DNA of 64,000 bases, taken from positions 128,001 through 192,000 of the forward strand of contig CAWBZI010000007.1 of assembly GCA_963793265.1 (NCBI GenBank). Direction: 5' to 3'. The DNA comes from an uncultured cyanobacterium (GTDB lineage: Bacteria; Cyanobacteriota; Cyanobacteriia; Phormidesmidales; Phormidesmidaceae). Both the position numbers and the translations under genes were made by a program. Below the pieces are notes generated by a model. The model was not told where the DNA came from. It ran no database searches and saw only the letters and a program-made list of their open reading frames with translations. Positions 9,856 through 20,197 of this stretch are shown piece by piece. Position 1 is the first letter of the stretch. Each line of letters opens with the position of its first letter.

Positions 9856-9978
9856 TGTATGTTCTACGTGAAACGTATGAGAAGCATAGTCTCTAGAACT
9901 CTTACAGTATTCACAGCGGCTATGAGCCCGTAGCGTTACTTGTTGTCTTTGCTGCGCAGAAATATATTCTCTAGGCAT
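9856..9978 (-). pseudogene. Truncated HNH endonuclease (N-terminal ~40 codons)
   Basis: MPREYISAQQRQQVTLRAHSRCEYC...FHVEH, after which the frame runs into the antisense of the SDR gene; the second CxxC/N motif is missing. Confidence 0.7.
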
Positions 9979-10375
9979 GAACAGGTGGCGGCTTAATGTC
10001 GAGCTGTTCCATTAAAGTAGGCAAAGAGACTTGGCGAATTTGTGAAAGTGTAAATAAAGCCTCTAGCCGTTCTCCCTCTGCTTGCTCAATCCGCTCAATA
10101 AGCTTCACCAGTTCCTTCTGCTCAGCAGCGGTTATGGTTTCATTATGAATCTTGTCTTGCAATACGGTATGCCGCATCTCTACATCTACTGGCAAGGTGC
10201 AGTTAATTATTTTAAATAGCTCTGTTTCTTGGGTGGATAAGCTAGCTGCCTTGCGCTGGGCCACGAGTAAGCTAATTTTCTCTGCATAAGCCTCAAGCTC
10301 TGGCGTTTCTAGCTGGGCTACGCCTGCAATTAGCTGGTCGAGGTCAATCTTAGAAGTGATTTGTATAGAAGTCAT
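9971..10375 (-). CDS. Hypothetical protein, putative antitoxin partner of the HNH nuclease
   Basis: 134-aa helical protein whose end overlaps the HNH start by 8 nt. Confidence 0.6.
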   Translation of the reverse strand: MTSIQITSKIDLDQLIAGVAQLETPELEAYAEKISLLVAQRKAASLSTQETELFKIINCTLPVDVEMRHTVLQDKIHNETITAAEQKELVKLIERIEQAEGERLEALFTLSQIRQVSLPTLMEQLDIKPPPVHA

Positions 10376-10467
10376 AGGATCTAATTAATGACTTAGTTTA
10401 GCTGCACAGCATATTCCTACTATACGCCTAAGTTAAGTTTACTCCCGCAACTTGATCATAACGTTGT

Positions 10468-12174
10468 TTATTCAGGGAGGCGATCGCTAATCTTTCCACA
10501 AACAGCAGATATCGCAACGGTGCGTGGAGATGCCAGGTAGTTGTGAGCTGACGGATCGCCACTGCGGCCCTTGAAGTTTCGGTTTGTCGCATAAATGCCG
10601 GTTTCTTTTTCTCCTAACACGCCTCTACCGGCGTTAATACAGGCACCACAGCCCGATTTGAGCACGGTTGCACCTGCCCGTTCTAGCGTATCAAGGTAGC
10701 CTAGCGATTCTGCTTGCTGTCTGACTTCTTGAGAAGCAGGCACGACGAATAAACTGACGGCTGAATCTACGGTTTGTCCTTTTAGCGCAGCGGCAGCTTC
10801 GGCAAGATCGTACAGTTTGCCACCCGTGCAGGAGCCGATGAAGGCTTTGGTGATGGGCACTTTGTCGAGGCGATCAATGGGAACGACGCAATCGGGTTTG
10901 GGTGGGCTAGCAACTTGAGGCTTTAGCTGGCTCAGGTCAAATTGATAAGTGCGTTCGTAGATGGCGTTAGGATCGGCAGTGACTTCTGTGAAAGGCTCAG
11001 ACGTTCTCTCTTTTACATACTGTCGGGTTACGTCATCAACAAGCATAAGACCACACATAGCGCCGCACTCAATGGCCATGTTAGCTAAGGTCATGCGTTC
11101 GTCTATAGGCATTTGATTGATGACGCTGCCGGAAAACTCGATGACCTTGCCAGTAGCACCGTCTGAGCCAAGCTGCCCGAGGATAAAGAGCATCACGTCT
11201 TTAGCGCTGATGTGTGGTGAGAGCTGGCCCAAGAGTTCTATGCGTAGGGTGGCGGGGACTCGTAGCCAGAGGTCGCCCGTGGCGAATATGTTGGCCATAT
11301 CGGTGGTGCCGACGCCTGTAGAGAAGCTGCCGAATGCGCCGTATGTGCAGCTATGGGAGTCTGTGCCTGCGATAATCATACCGGGACGGATGAAGCCTTT
11401 TTCAGGGAGGAGTACGTGGCAGATGCCAGCGGCTTCTCCAGGGGAGATCACGTCGAAGAGGTGACATTTTTGCTGATGGGCAAATTCGACCATTTGCTGA
11501 TGCATTGCGATCGCACCTTCATCAGCCCGGATGTCGTTGATTTGGATGAAGTGATCGGCAACGAGGACGATCTTATCGGGGTTCCAGACGGGCGTAGTGG
11601 CTCCGAAATGCTGATGGAAGAGGTGGGCGACCGGGCCAGCGATCGCATCGTGTGACATAGCCAAATCGACCTGGGCAAAGACGACTTCTCCAGGCTGCAC
11701 GTATGGGTTGTCTGAGGCTTGCGCGAGTAGCTTTTCAGCGACGGTCATGGGGCGCTGGGCGGTGGTGCTTTTGGGTGGGGTGATGCGGCCCTGCTGGCGC
11801 TGCTGGTTGTAGGGAATCAGGCCGCCTGCTTGGGTGATGGCGTCTACTACCGGGTTTTGCTGGGTAGAGCCGATGATTTCTAAGGGCAGGCCAATGTTGA
11901 TGCTATTACGGTAGAAGATTTCGGCAAAGGATTTGGCGCGGATTTTTTGGATGCCTGCGGCTTTGATGGCGATAGGTGCGAATTCTCGGCTAGAGCCGCA
12001 GCCGAAGTTAACCCCGGCTTCGATGATGTCGTATTTGAGTAGGTTACCAGGGCCGATCAGGTGCTCGAAGGCGTAGTGGGCGAGATGATCGGGATCGGCG
12101 CTAGTGCCTCTTTGGGCGGGGATGATGTCGTCGGTGTTTATGTTGTCTCCTAGATAAAGCGGGGGCTGAGGCAT
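10468..12174 (-). CDS. Fused LeuD(small)-LeuC(large) isopropylmalate dehydratase/homoaconitase-like protein
   Basis: N-terminal swivel domain NTDDIIP, NFGCGSSRE, FAEIFYRN; C-terminal DSHSCTYG, IGSCTGG, GCGACI and TNRNFKGR Fe-S motifs. Confidence 0.85.
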   Translation of the reverse strand: MPQPPLYLGDNINTDDIIPAQRGTSADPDHLAHYAFEHLIGPGNLLKYDIIEAGVNFGCGSSREFAPIAIKAAGIQKIRAKSFAEIFYRNSINIGLPLEIIGSTQQNPVVDAITQAGGLIPYNQQRQQGRITPPKSTTAQRPMTVAEKLLAQASDNPYVQPGEVVFAQVDLAMSHDAIAGPVAHLFHQHFGATTPVWNPDKIVLVADHFIQINDIRADEGAIAMHQQMVEFAHQQKCHLFDVISPGEAAGICHVLLPEKGFIRPGMIIAGTDSHSCTYGAFGSFSTGVGTTDMANIFATGDLWLRVPATLRIELLGQLSPHISAKDVMLFILGQLGSDGATGKVIEFSGSVINQMPIDERMTLANMAIECGAMCGLMLVDDVTRQYVKERTSEPFTEVTADPNAIYERTYQFDLSQLKPQVASPPKPDCVVPIDRLDKVPITKAFIGSCTGGKLYDLAEAAAALKGQTVDSAVSLFVVPASQEVRQQAESLGYLDTLERAGATVLKSGCGACINAGRGVLGEKETGIYATNRNFKGRSGDPSAHNYLASPRTVAISAVCGKISDRLPE

Positions 12175-12236
12175 GGTGTCGGGTTGTTTGTGGGCTATAG
12201 AATTGTAGGAGAGATTGGGGAAATACCGGAAATACT

Positions 12237-13598
12237 ATGGTTGGAAGAGTGGCTGAAAGAGTGGCTGAAAGAGATATCTATGATGTGGTGATTGTGGGCG
12301 GCGGGGTGTGCGGGACAGCGCTACTTTATAGCCTGAGCTGCTATACGAATGTGGGCAAGATGGCGCTGATTGAGAAGAATGATGAGGTGGCCCTTGTTAA
12401 TTCTAGGCAGACGAGTAATAGCCAAACGCTGCATTTTGGCGATATTGAGACGAACTATAGCCTTGAGAAGGCGACAAAGGTGAATCGGGCGGCTTCGATG
12501 GTGAAGCGCTATGTGCTGGCGCATGATCCTGAGCAGGTGAGCTATACGAAGTATCACAAGATGGTGCTGGCGGTGGGTGAGGAAGAGGCGGATTTTTTAC
12601 GGGTTCGCTATGAGGATTTTAAGGGGCTGTTTCCCGATTTGAAGCTGATTAAGCGGGCGGAGATTGCTGAGGTGGAGCCGAATGTGGTGCTTGGGCGAGA
12701 TGAGGATGAGGAACTGCTGGCGCTGTCTACGCCGGATGGGTATGCGATTGACTATCAGGCGTTGGCTCAATCTTTTGTGGCGCGTTCGGTGGAGCGGATA
12801 GCGGCTGAGGAGCGATCGCTGGATTTGATGATGGGGACGAAGGTGCGGGCGATTGAGGAGCGGGGCGATCGCTACGTAATCACGATGGCGAACGGTAAGA
12901 CAATAGAGTCGCGGGTGGTGGCGGTGACGAGTGGGGCGCATAGCCTGATGTATGCAAAGGCGTTGGGCTATGGGCAGGACTATGCGCTGCTGAGTGCGGC
13001 GGGGAGTTTTTATTTTGCGCCTGCGCTATTAAAAGGGAAGGTGTATATGGTGCAGATGGCGAAGCTGCCGTTTGCGGCAATTCATGGTGACCCGGAGGTG
13101 CACGATGCGGGCAAGACGCGGTTCGGGCCGACGGCGAAGGTGTTGCCGATGTTGGAGCGGCATCGGTATGGGACGGTTTTTGAGTATTTTAAGACGGCAG
13201 GATTAAGTCTGGATGCGTTTAGGAGCTTTTTTGCGATTTTGAGCGATTGGACGATCTTGTGGTACATGATTGTCAATTTCTTTTATGATTTTCCGGTTTT
13301 GGGTCGGTTTTTGTTTGTGCGGCAGGTGAGGAAGATTGTTCCTGCTGTGCGGGTGGGGGATTTGACTTATGCGAGGGGGTATGGGGGGATTAGGCCGCAG
13401 ATTGTGAATTTGCGATCGCGTAAGTTGGAGATGGGGGAGGCGAAGATTTTGGGACGTAATATTTTGTTTAATATCACGCCTTCGCCGGGGGCGTCTACTT
13501 GTTTGAAGACGGCTGAGGATGATGCGCGGCGGGTGGTTGAGTTTTTGGGCGAGGGGGTTTGGTTTGACCAGGAAGGGTTTTCTCGGGATTTGGGATAA
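12237..13598 (+). CDS. FAD-dependent oxidoreductase, malate:quinone oxidoreductase-like
   Basis: VGGGVCG, NSQTLHFGDIETNY, TPSPGASTCL. Confidence 0.75.
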   Translation: MVGRVAERVAERDIYDVVIVGGGVCGTALLYSLSCYTNVGKMALIEKNDEVALVNSRQTSNSQTLHFGDIETNYSLEKATKVNRAASMVKRYVLAHDPEQVSYTKYHKMVLAVGEEEADFLRVRYEDFKGLFPDLKLIKRAEIAEVEPNVVLGRDEDEELLALSTPDGYAIDYQALAQSFVARSVERIAAEERSLDLMMGTKVRAIEERGDRYVITMANGKTIESRVVAVTSGAHSLMYAKALGYGQDYALLSAAGSFYFAPALLKGKVYMVQMAKLPFAAIHGDPEVHDAGKTRFGPTAKVLPMLERHRYGTVFEYFKTAGLSLDAFRSFFAILSDWTILWYMIVNFFYDFPVLGRFLFVRQVRKIVPAVRVGDLTYARGYGGIRPQIVNLRSRKLEMGEAKILGRNILFNITPSPGASTCLKTAEDDARRVVEFLGEGVWFDQEGFSRDLG

Positions 13599-13821
13599 GA
13601 GGCAAAACGCAAGGCGTCAAGATTAGGGAAATACCCTTTGATGCCGAGGGACACTGGCTCGGTGCTTCTAATGCGTTTCCCCTAAACCCCTCCTCTGCTT
13701 ATTTCTTTAAACCCTGCCTGGGGGCCGAACCCTCCCCCAGACCCCCCGAATGGGTTGCTGGCTGTTTGCTGAGTGGGGTGTTGGCTTTTTTTGGTAGGAT
13801 ACACGTGCCTTTTATGAATTC

Positions 13822-15252
13822 GTGTGTATGTTCGGAGCGGCTTTTCGACGGCTTACCTTGGGCAATTTTGCATTTGACCAGTGGCGGCAGGTAAGTGTGC
13901 TGCATAAGCTGCTTTCGCCTTTGCGGAGCTGGCGGCAGGGGAGCTGGCTGCTGGCCTGGGGTGATGGGATTGCCTGGGTGTTTGTGGCGCTGATGTTTGC
14001 GATCGCGCCCTATGTCTCTACGACGATGATTGGCTTTTTGCTGGCGGTGGCGGCGGGGTTCTGGCTGCTGCTGACGGTGAGCGATCGCGCCGAAGGCTGG
14101 CTGACGCCGCTGCATATTGTGGTGATGGTCTACTGGGGGGTGATGCTGGTGGCGACGGCGCTTTCTCCGGTGAAGGCGGCGGCGCTCTCAGGGCTAGTTA
14201 AGCTGACCTTGAATGTCTTTTTGTTTATGCTGCTGGCGCGGATACTGCGAATTAAGGAGCTGCGTTCGGGGCTGATTTTGGTGTATTTGGCGACGGCGGC
14301 GCTGGTGTCTATCTATGGCGTGCGGCAGTGGTTTTCGGGGGCTGAGGCGCTGGCGACCTGGGTTGATCCTGAGTCGAATATGGCGGGGACAACGCGGGTT
14401 TATAGCTATTTGAAGAATCCTAATCTGCTGGCGGGCTATCTGATACCTGCTGTGAGCTTTAGCGCAATGGCGATGTTTGCCTGGCCGAAGTGGTTGCCGA
14501 AGGTGCTGGCGGGGGTGCTGTGCTTGGTGAATACGGCCTGTTTGGTGTTGACGCTGAGCAGGGGGGGATGGCTCGGGTTTGTGGCGGCGGCGTTTGTGAT
14601 GATTGTGCTGCTGGTGTTTTGGTGGAATCCTCGGTTCCCGAAGTTTTGGCGGCAGTGGGCGCTGCCGATGCTGGTGGTGGGCTCGATGGCGTTTGTGGTG
14701 GCAAGTGTAGTGCTGGTGCCGCAGGTGCGTGAGCGGGTGGTGAGTATCGTGGATTTGCGCGGCGATAGCAGTAATAATTTTCGGCTGAATGTGTATGAGG
14801 CGGTGTTTGCTATGTTTCGCGATCGCCCCATTATCGGAATTGGGCCGGGTAACAGCGCGTTTAATGCGATCTATCCTCTGTTTCAGCGGACGGGCTACTC
14901 GGCGCTGAGTGCCTATTCTATTTACTTTGAAACGGCGGTTGAGGCCGGAATTTTGGGACTGTTGTCGTTTGGCTGGCTGCTGGTGGTGGCGTTTCAGCAG
15001 GGCTGGGTGCAGCTCGGCAAACTGCGTTCGGCAGCAGGTGAGGTGATTGATGCTCAGGGCTATTGGCTGATTGGAGCGCTGGCGGGTATGGCTGGACTGC
15101 TGGTGCAGGGGACGTTTGATACGGTCTGGTATCGTCCGCAAATTAGTACGCTTTGGTGGATGCTGCTGGCGATTGTGGCGAGTTTTTATGTAGAGATTCG
15201 GCAAAAGTATAGAGAGAAAGAGGATAGGGTTTTTGTCGAATCAGATGAGTGA
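13822..15252 (+). CDS. ictB: IctB family O-antigen-ligase-like membrane protein
   Basis: LATWVDPES, RVYSYLKNPNLLAGYL, SRGGW, DSSNNFRLNV, GIGPGNSAFN, DTVWYRP. Confidence 0.88.
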   Translation: MCMFGAAFRRLTLGNFAFDQWRQVSVLHKLLSPLRSWRQGSWLLAWGDGIAWVFVALMFAIAPYVSTTMIGFLLAVAAGFWLLLTVSDRAEGWLTPLHIVVMVYWGVMLVATALSPVKAAALSGLVKLTLNVFLFMLLARILRIKELRSGLILVYLATAALVSIYGVRQWFSGAEALATWVDPESNMAGTTRVYSYLKNPNLLAGYLIPAVSFSAMAMFAWPKWLPKVLAGVLCLVNTACLVLTLSRGGWLGFVAAAFVMIVLLVFWWNPRFPKFWRQWALPMLVVGSMAFVVASVVLVPQVRERVVSIVDLRGDSSNNFRLNVYEAVFAMFRDRPIIGIGPGNSAFNAIYPLFQRTGYSALSAYSIYFETAVEAGILGLLSFGWLLVVAFQQGWVQLGKLRSAAGEVIDAQGYWLIGALAGMAGLLVQGTFDTVWYRPQISTLWWMLLAIVASFYVEIRQKYREKEDRVFVESDE

Positions 15253-16138
15253 GATGAGATTGCCGGATGCGGCGAAGGTGCTGGTGGAGACGCTGACGGA
15301 GGAGACTTCGGTAGCGATCGCCCAGCAAATTCAGTGGACAGATATATCGCTTCCTTTTGGTACGGTGGCGACGAGCTATGTGTGCCAGGGTGAGGGGGTG
15401 CCGATTGTTTTGCTGCACGGGTTCGACAGCTCCCTGTTTGAGTTTCGGCGGCTGGTGCCCTTGCTCGCTGAGCGCGCCCAGGTGTGGTGCTTAGATTTGA
15501 TGGGGTTTGGGTTTTGCGATCGCACGGCGAGCGATCGCGTTGATCCTGAGGCTATCAAGCAACACTTACACGCCTTTTTAACTCAGGTCATCAAAGCGCC
15601 AGTGGTGTTAGTAGGCGCATCTATGGGGGGCGGTGTGGCCATAGATTTTGTCACGAGCTATCCAGAGATGGTGAAACAGCTAGTGCTAATTGATGCGGTT
15701 GGCTTTGCCGCAGGCCCGGCGATCGGCAAGTTCATGTTTTCGCCCTTAGATAAGTGGGCGACGAACTTTCTGCGCAGTCCTAACGTGCGCCGCAAGATTA
15801 GTGAAAAGGCTTACTACAACAAAGCTTTTGTTACGCCCGATGCACAAGTCTGCGCGTCTTTGCATTTGCTGATGCCAAAATGGCAGGAAGGACTAATCAC
15901 GTTTACGAAAAGCGGTGGCTATAACTTTCTATCGAAGCGGATTGCTCAGGTGGCGGTGCCGACGCTGGCAGTTTGGGGTCGGCAGGATAAGATTTTGGGC
16001 ACAAAGGATGCAGCGCGATTTGAGCAAGAGATTGATGATTGCAAACTGGTGTGGATAGAGGACTGCGGCCATGTGCCCCATCTAGAGAAGGCGGCTGATT
16101 GCGCGCAACACATGTTTGAGTTCCTTTCGCTAGGATGA
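15245..16138 (+). CDS. Alpha/beta fold hydrolase
   Basis: LLHGFDSS, GASMGG nucleophile elbow, CGHVPHLE. Confidence 0.88.
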   Translation: MSEMRLPDAAKVLVETLTEETSVAIAQQIQWTDISLPFGTVATSYVCQGEGVPIVLLHGFDSSLFEFRRLVPLLAERAQVWCLDLMGFGFCDRTASDRVDPEAIKQHLHAFLTQVIKAPVVLVGASMGGGVAIDFVTSYPEMVKQLVLIDAVGFAAGPAIGKFMFSPLDKWATNFLRSPNVRRKISEKAYYNKAFVTPDAQVCASLHLLMPKWQEGLITFTKSGGYNFLSKRIAQVAVPTLAVWGRQDKILGTKDAARFEQEIDDCKLVWIEDCGHVPHLEKAADCAQHMFEFLSLG

Positions 16139-16171
16139 GGCTTTAATCACAGAGCATTTTGAAGGGGCGAT

Positions 16172-17515
16172 ATGCGCTATTGGCAAGGTTTTTTGGGTCT
16201 ATGTTTACTGCTAGGAGGCTGTCAAAGCAGTGCGGTCGAGCAAGGTAGTGTAGAACCAGAGGTGACTCAGACTGAGGCGATCGCCCAAACGAATGCGCCT
16301 CAAACATCTGTGCCCGAGAGTGCTCAAATACCCACAAATCTACTCACACCTGAACCGATCAATATCGCTTTGACTGGCCTGCCTGAGCCCTACGCCTCTG
16401 AAAGCGCCAGCCAGTCGCCAAACGTAATTCCGCCCCCAGCAGATGCGACGTTCAATGTGCCTGAAGGATTTGCGGTAAATGTGTTTGCCGAAGGGCTAGA
16501 TCGGCCTCGATGGCTGGCGCTAACACCCGAGGGTGATGTGCTGGTAACCGAGACACGAGAGAACAGAATTCGGCGGCTAGTAGATGCGAACGGCGATGGC
16601 GTTGCTGAGCAGCAGGAGACATTTGCAACCGCCCAGAATGGGTTGGATATTCCGTTTGGCATGGCGTTTGCTGACGGGGCTTTTTTCTTAGGAAATACGG
16701 ATGAGGTGCTGCGGTTTCCGTATGAGAGTGGGCAGGCGGCATTAGAAGGGAGAGGCGATCGCATTGCAACCCTCCCCGGTGGCGGCTACAACCAACACTG
16801 GACGCGAAATGTTGTTGTTTCTCCTGAAGGCGATCGGCTCTACGTCTCCATTGGCTCTCAGTCAAACGCCAGTGAAGAACCCCTACCCCGCGCATCTGTG
16901 CAAACCATGGCGCTAGACGGCAGCGGTATGCGTACGTTTGCCAGCGGCCTCCGCAATCCTGTCGGCCTAGACTTTCACCCCGCAACGGGCGAGCTATATG
17001 CGACGGTGAATGAGCGTGATGGGCTCGGTGATGACTTGGTGCCTGACTACCTTACGCAGGTGGAAGAAGGCGCGTTTTATGGGTGGCCCTATACCTATCT
17101 CACGCCTGATAATCTAGACCCGCGTCAGGTGGTGAACGGCGCGAGTAAAGCGCCCGACTTGGCAGCGCAAACTAAAACGCCCGATGTTTTATTCCAGTCG
17201 CATTCGGCGGCTTTGGGCCTACAGTTTTACGATGGTGAAACGTTCCCCGAGCGCTATCAAAACGGTGCGTTTGCGGCGTTTCGCGGCTCGTGGAATCGCA
17301 GTGAAGGAACCGGATACAAGGTTGTTTTCATCCCATTTGATGAATCGGGACGCGCTGAAGGAAACTACGAAGACTTCTTAACGGGCTTTTTGATTGACCC
17401 GAGCGGGCCAACAACTTGGGGAAGGCCAGTAGGACTGCTGACAATGCCGGATGGTTCGCTATTGGTGACAGATGAGGCAAACAACAGAATTTATCGAGTG
17501 CATTATGTGGGGTAG
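16172..17515 (+). CDS. Sorbosone dehydrogenase family (PQQ-type) lipoprotein
   Basis: Lipobox LLGGC; HWTRN, GLRNPVG, NERDGLGDDLVPDY, GSWNR, GRPVG. Confidence 0.88.
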   Translation: MRYWQGFLGLCLLLGGCQSSAVEQGSVEPEVTQTEAIAQTNAPQTSVPESAQIPTNLLTPEPINIALTGLPEPYASESASQSPNVIPPPADATFNVPEGFAVNVFAEGLDRPRWLALTPEGDVLVTETRENRIRRLVDANGDGVAEQQETFATAQNGLDIPFGMAFADGAFFLGNTDEVLRFPYESGQAALEGRGDRIATLPGGGYNQHWTRNVVVSPEGDRLYVSIGSQSNASEEPLPRASVQTMALDGSGMRTFASGLRNPVGLDFHPATGELYATVNERDGLGDDLVPDYLTQVEEGAFYGWPYTYLTPDNLDPRQVVNGASKAPDLAAQTKTPDVLFQSHSAALGLQFYDGETFPERYQNGAFAAFRGSWNRSEGTGYKVVFIPFDESGRAEGNYEDFLTGFLIDPSGPTTWGRPVGLLTMPDGSLLVTDEANNRIYRVHYVG

Positions 17516-17527
17516 CAATCGAGAAGT

Positions 17528-18412
17528 TTATTTGAATCGCTGCATGAGCTTGGTTTTGTAGGGGGAGCCGAGCCGGGCGATCGCCTGAACCGGATGAATA
17601 GAAGCCGCCTTCAGAAATGCTTGAATAGCGGGGAGCGGAAACCCTCTACGCCACAGCATGTCAGCGTGATTAAACACGAAATCTGCATAGCGAGCACGGG
17701 GATACTTTAGAAAGATGTCCTGATGTTTTTCGATCAGGTGCTGAAAGTTTTGCTGTCGCCGATGCAGGCTTGAAGAGACTCTTGGCCCACTGTGGGCTGT
17801 TAGCTGGTAGGTCACCACCGGCAGACCTACTAAAGAACAAACAGGATTGAGCCGAAGAAAAAGCTCTGTGTGTACCCTGGATGTAAACGACTCATCAAAG
17901 CCGCCAATATCTAGTAGCACCTGGCGCTCTACAACAAGCGTTTGCTTAGACGAAAAAGACAGCCCTGGATCGATGGTTTCTAAGCAAAAATGACTTCCTT
18001 TAGGTAGCGAGGGCGGCGTGTGCGTCTTGCATATTTGCTGCTGTTCATTCACCTCTACGAGCGCCGATAGCACGCCGACCGGCTGCGGTAGCGTTGTGTT
18101 TTCGAGCGCTTCAAAGGATACCTCAGCCATGTGGGGCAGCAGCTCATCATCGTCGTCTAAATAGGTAATCCAGCGCGCTTTAGCAGCCTTTGCGCCGATA
18201 TTGCGAGCGGCAGCACCGCCCTGGTTTTGAGAGAGACGAAGTACCTGTATGTCAGGATATTCTGGAAGAACCACAGGTGGCGTTGAGGCGTCGTCTACCA
18301 CAATAATTTCAATGCCCGAGAGAGTTTGAGCTAGGGCGCTGCGGATAGCTCGCCTGAGTAAGTCAGGTCGATTATGCGTCGGGATAATGATGCTAAGAGA
18401 AGGCGATCGCAT
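17528..18412 (-). CDS. Glycosyltransferase family 2
   Basis: IIIPTHNR, VVDDAS, ARNIG, YLDDDD, GGFDE. Confidence 0.9.
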   Translation of the reverse strand: MRSPSLSIIIPTHNRPDLLRRAIRSALAQTLSGIEIIVVDDASTPPVVLPEYPDIQVLRLSQNQGGAAARNIGAKAAKARWITYLDDDDELLPHMAEVSFEALENTTLPQPVGVLSALVEVNEQQQICKTHTPPSLPKGSHFCLETIDPGLSFSSKQTLVVERQVLLDIGGFDESFTSRVHTELFLRLNPVCSLVGLPVVTYQLTAHSGPRVSSSLHRRQQNFQHLIEKHQDIFLKYPRARYADFVFNHADMLWRRGFPLPAIQAFLKAASIHPVQAIARLGSPYKTKLMQRFK

Positions 18413-18740
18413 TCTGTATTAAATCGTGGCCGGAGCTACACGGCGTAAGGGGTACGACAGATTTCATACTAGCTTAGTCCATACATCTTTTTGTAAAAGA
18501 CTGCTGTTGTAGAAGCGGAAATCGGCGAAATAAGCTCCTCAGCTTTGCAGACCTAAAATTATGCAATCTGCATACGAGTACGAACAATATGCATCGCAAT
18601 CTTAATTGCATGAGAGATCTCTTTTTAACTTTTTGTAAAACCCTGCACAATAGCGACTGTTAAAGCTTGAGAAACTTAGTTAAAACATTTTATTCCTGAA
18701 AAATCGTAGCTATCTAATTGCTCATTACTCTTTCTATTCT

Positions 18741-20093
18741 ATGAAGACTATTCCTCGCCCTCGAACTCCCGAAATGCTGCAAACACTTGAATGGGTGCTA
18801 GATCCTGTTGGATATATGCAGAAGAACTTCAGCCGTCACGGGGATATTTTTCAAGCGGCGATCTCGGGTAGGTCTAAGCCTTACCATTTACTTAGCAGAC
18901 CCAAAGACATTCAATACATACTGACTCGCGACACCAGCAAAGATCTGTCGTCTCCAGGAGAACTCAACCGGATACTCGAACCCATGATCGGTCAGCAAAA
19001 CGTGATCCTGCTGAGCGGCAAACAGCACCAGAAACGCCGACAGTTAGTAATGCCGCCTTTTCATAGAGAACATCTTTCCACTTACAATCAGGTGATACAA
19101 CAGATAACTGAAGCGGTCATTGCCCAATGGCAAGCTGGCGATAGCTTGGATGTTCGTATAGAGATGCAGAAAATCACCTTGCGGACGATTCTTCAAGTTG
19201 TGTTTGGCCTGTATCAGGGAGAGCGCTATCAAAAAATAGAGCAGCTCTTAAGCCTTCGTCTAAATATGGCCAGTACGCCGCTGACCGCTCTATCAGTATT
19301 CTTTCCATGGCTGCAAAAAGGTATCGGTAAATGGAGCCTGGGTGCAAAACTACTTCAGATAAAAGAAGACACCGACAAACTTTTGTTTGCAGAAATAGAA
19401 GAGCGCAGAGCTAATACAGACCCTGAGCGAATGGACGTTTTATCTCTGCTGATTGTCGCTCAAGATGAAGAAGGCAACCATCTTTCAAACCAGGATTTGC
19501 GCGACGAATTGATGACCCTGCTAGTTGCTGGTCACGAAACCACAGCCACCGCGCTTACTTGGGCAGTGTACTGGACGCTCTCTCTACCAGAAGTAAAGCA
19601 CAAGTTGGAGTCGGAGTTAAAGCTGCTTTCGGACTCTGACCGTGCAAACCAAATGCTGGCGCTGCCTTACCTGACGGCAGTTTGCAACGAAACCCTGCGC
19701 ATTCATCCGGTTGCGATGCTAACGTTTCCTCGCCGGGTAGAAGTTCCGCTGGAGATAGGCGGCTATCCATTTTCGTCGGGCGATCTTGTTATGGGCTGTA
19801 TCTATGCGCTACATCAAAGAGAAGAACTCTATCCTCAGCCGCAGGTATTTCGCCCCGAACGTTTCTTAGAAAGACAGTTTTCTCCCTACGAATTTATGCC
19901 ATTTGGCGGTGGCGTACGAAGATGCATCGGCACCGCGCTAGCCCAGTGCGAAATGAAGATTGTTTTAGGCACAATATTGAGCAAAACGGAGCTGTCATTG
20001 ACGAACGCTCGACCCGTACGGCCTGCCAGAAGAGGCCCCACTTTAGGACAAAAAACACCTGTACGGATTAATATAAACCGTGCGAGTGTTTAG
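18741..20093 (+). CDS. Cytochrome P450 (CYP110-like)
   Basis: AGHETTA, ETLR, FRPERF, heme motif FGGGVRRCIG. Confidence 0.93.
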   Translation: MKTIPRPRTPEMLQTLEWVLDPVGYMQKNFSRHGDIFQAAISGRSKPYHLLSRPKDIQYILTRDTSKDLSSPGELNRILEPMIGQQNVILLSGKQHQKRRQLVMPPFHREHLSTYNQVIQQITEAVIAQWQAGDSLDVRIEMQKITLRTILQVVFGLYQGERYQKIEQLLSLRLNMASTPLTALSVFFPWLQKGIGKWSLGAKLLQIKEDTDKLLFAEIEERRANTDPERMDVLSLLIVAQDEEGNHLSNQDLRDELMTLLVAGHETTATALTWAVYWTLSLPEVKHKLESELKLLSDSDRANQMLALPYLTAVCNETLRIHPVAMLTFPRRVEVPLEIGGYPFSSGDLVMGCIYALHQREELYPQPQVFRPERFLERQFSPYEFMPFGGGVRRCIGTALAQCEMKIVLGTILSKTELSLTNARPVRPARRGPTLGQKTPVRININRASV

Positions 20094-20197
20094 GTAGCAA
20101 AGTTAGGATTGCTGGCTAATGCGCTTTGCCTTTATAGCTGGCGGCTAAAACAAAAAGGCGTTTTGAGATAGAAACAGGGTAGCAAAATGCTGCAAAG

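Noticed and set aside
12244..12272. Short tandem repeats (12-bp here; 15-bp near 32310; 9-bp near 37386)
   Set aside because: Two to three copies only; ordinary slippage with no evident function.
13718..13747. CTGGGGG...CCCCCAG hairpin before ictB
   Set aside because: Single short G/C palindrome typical of dispersed cyanobacterial repeats; no second copy noticed in the window.
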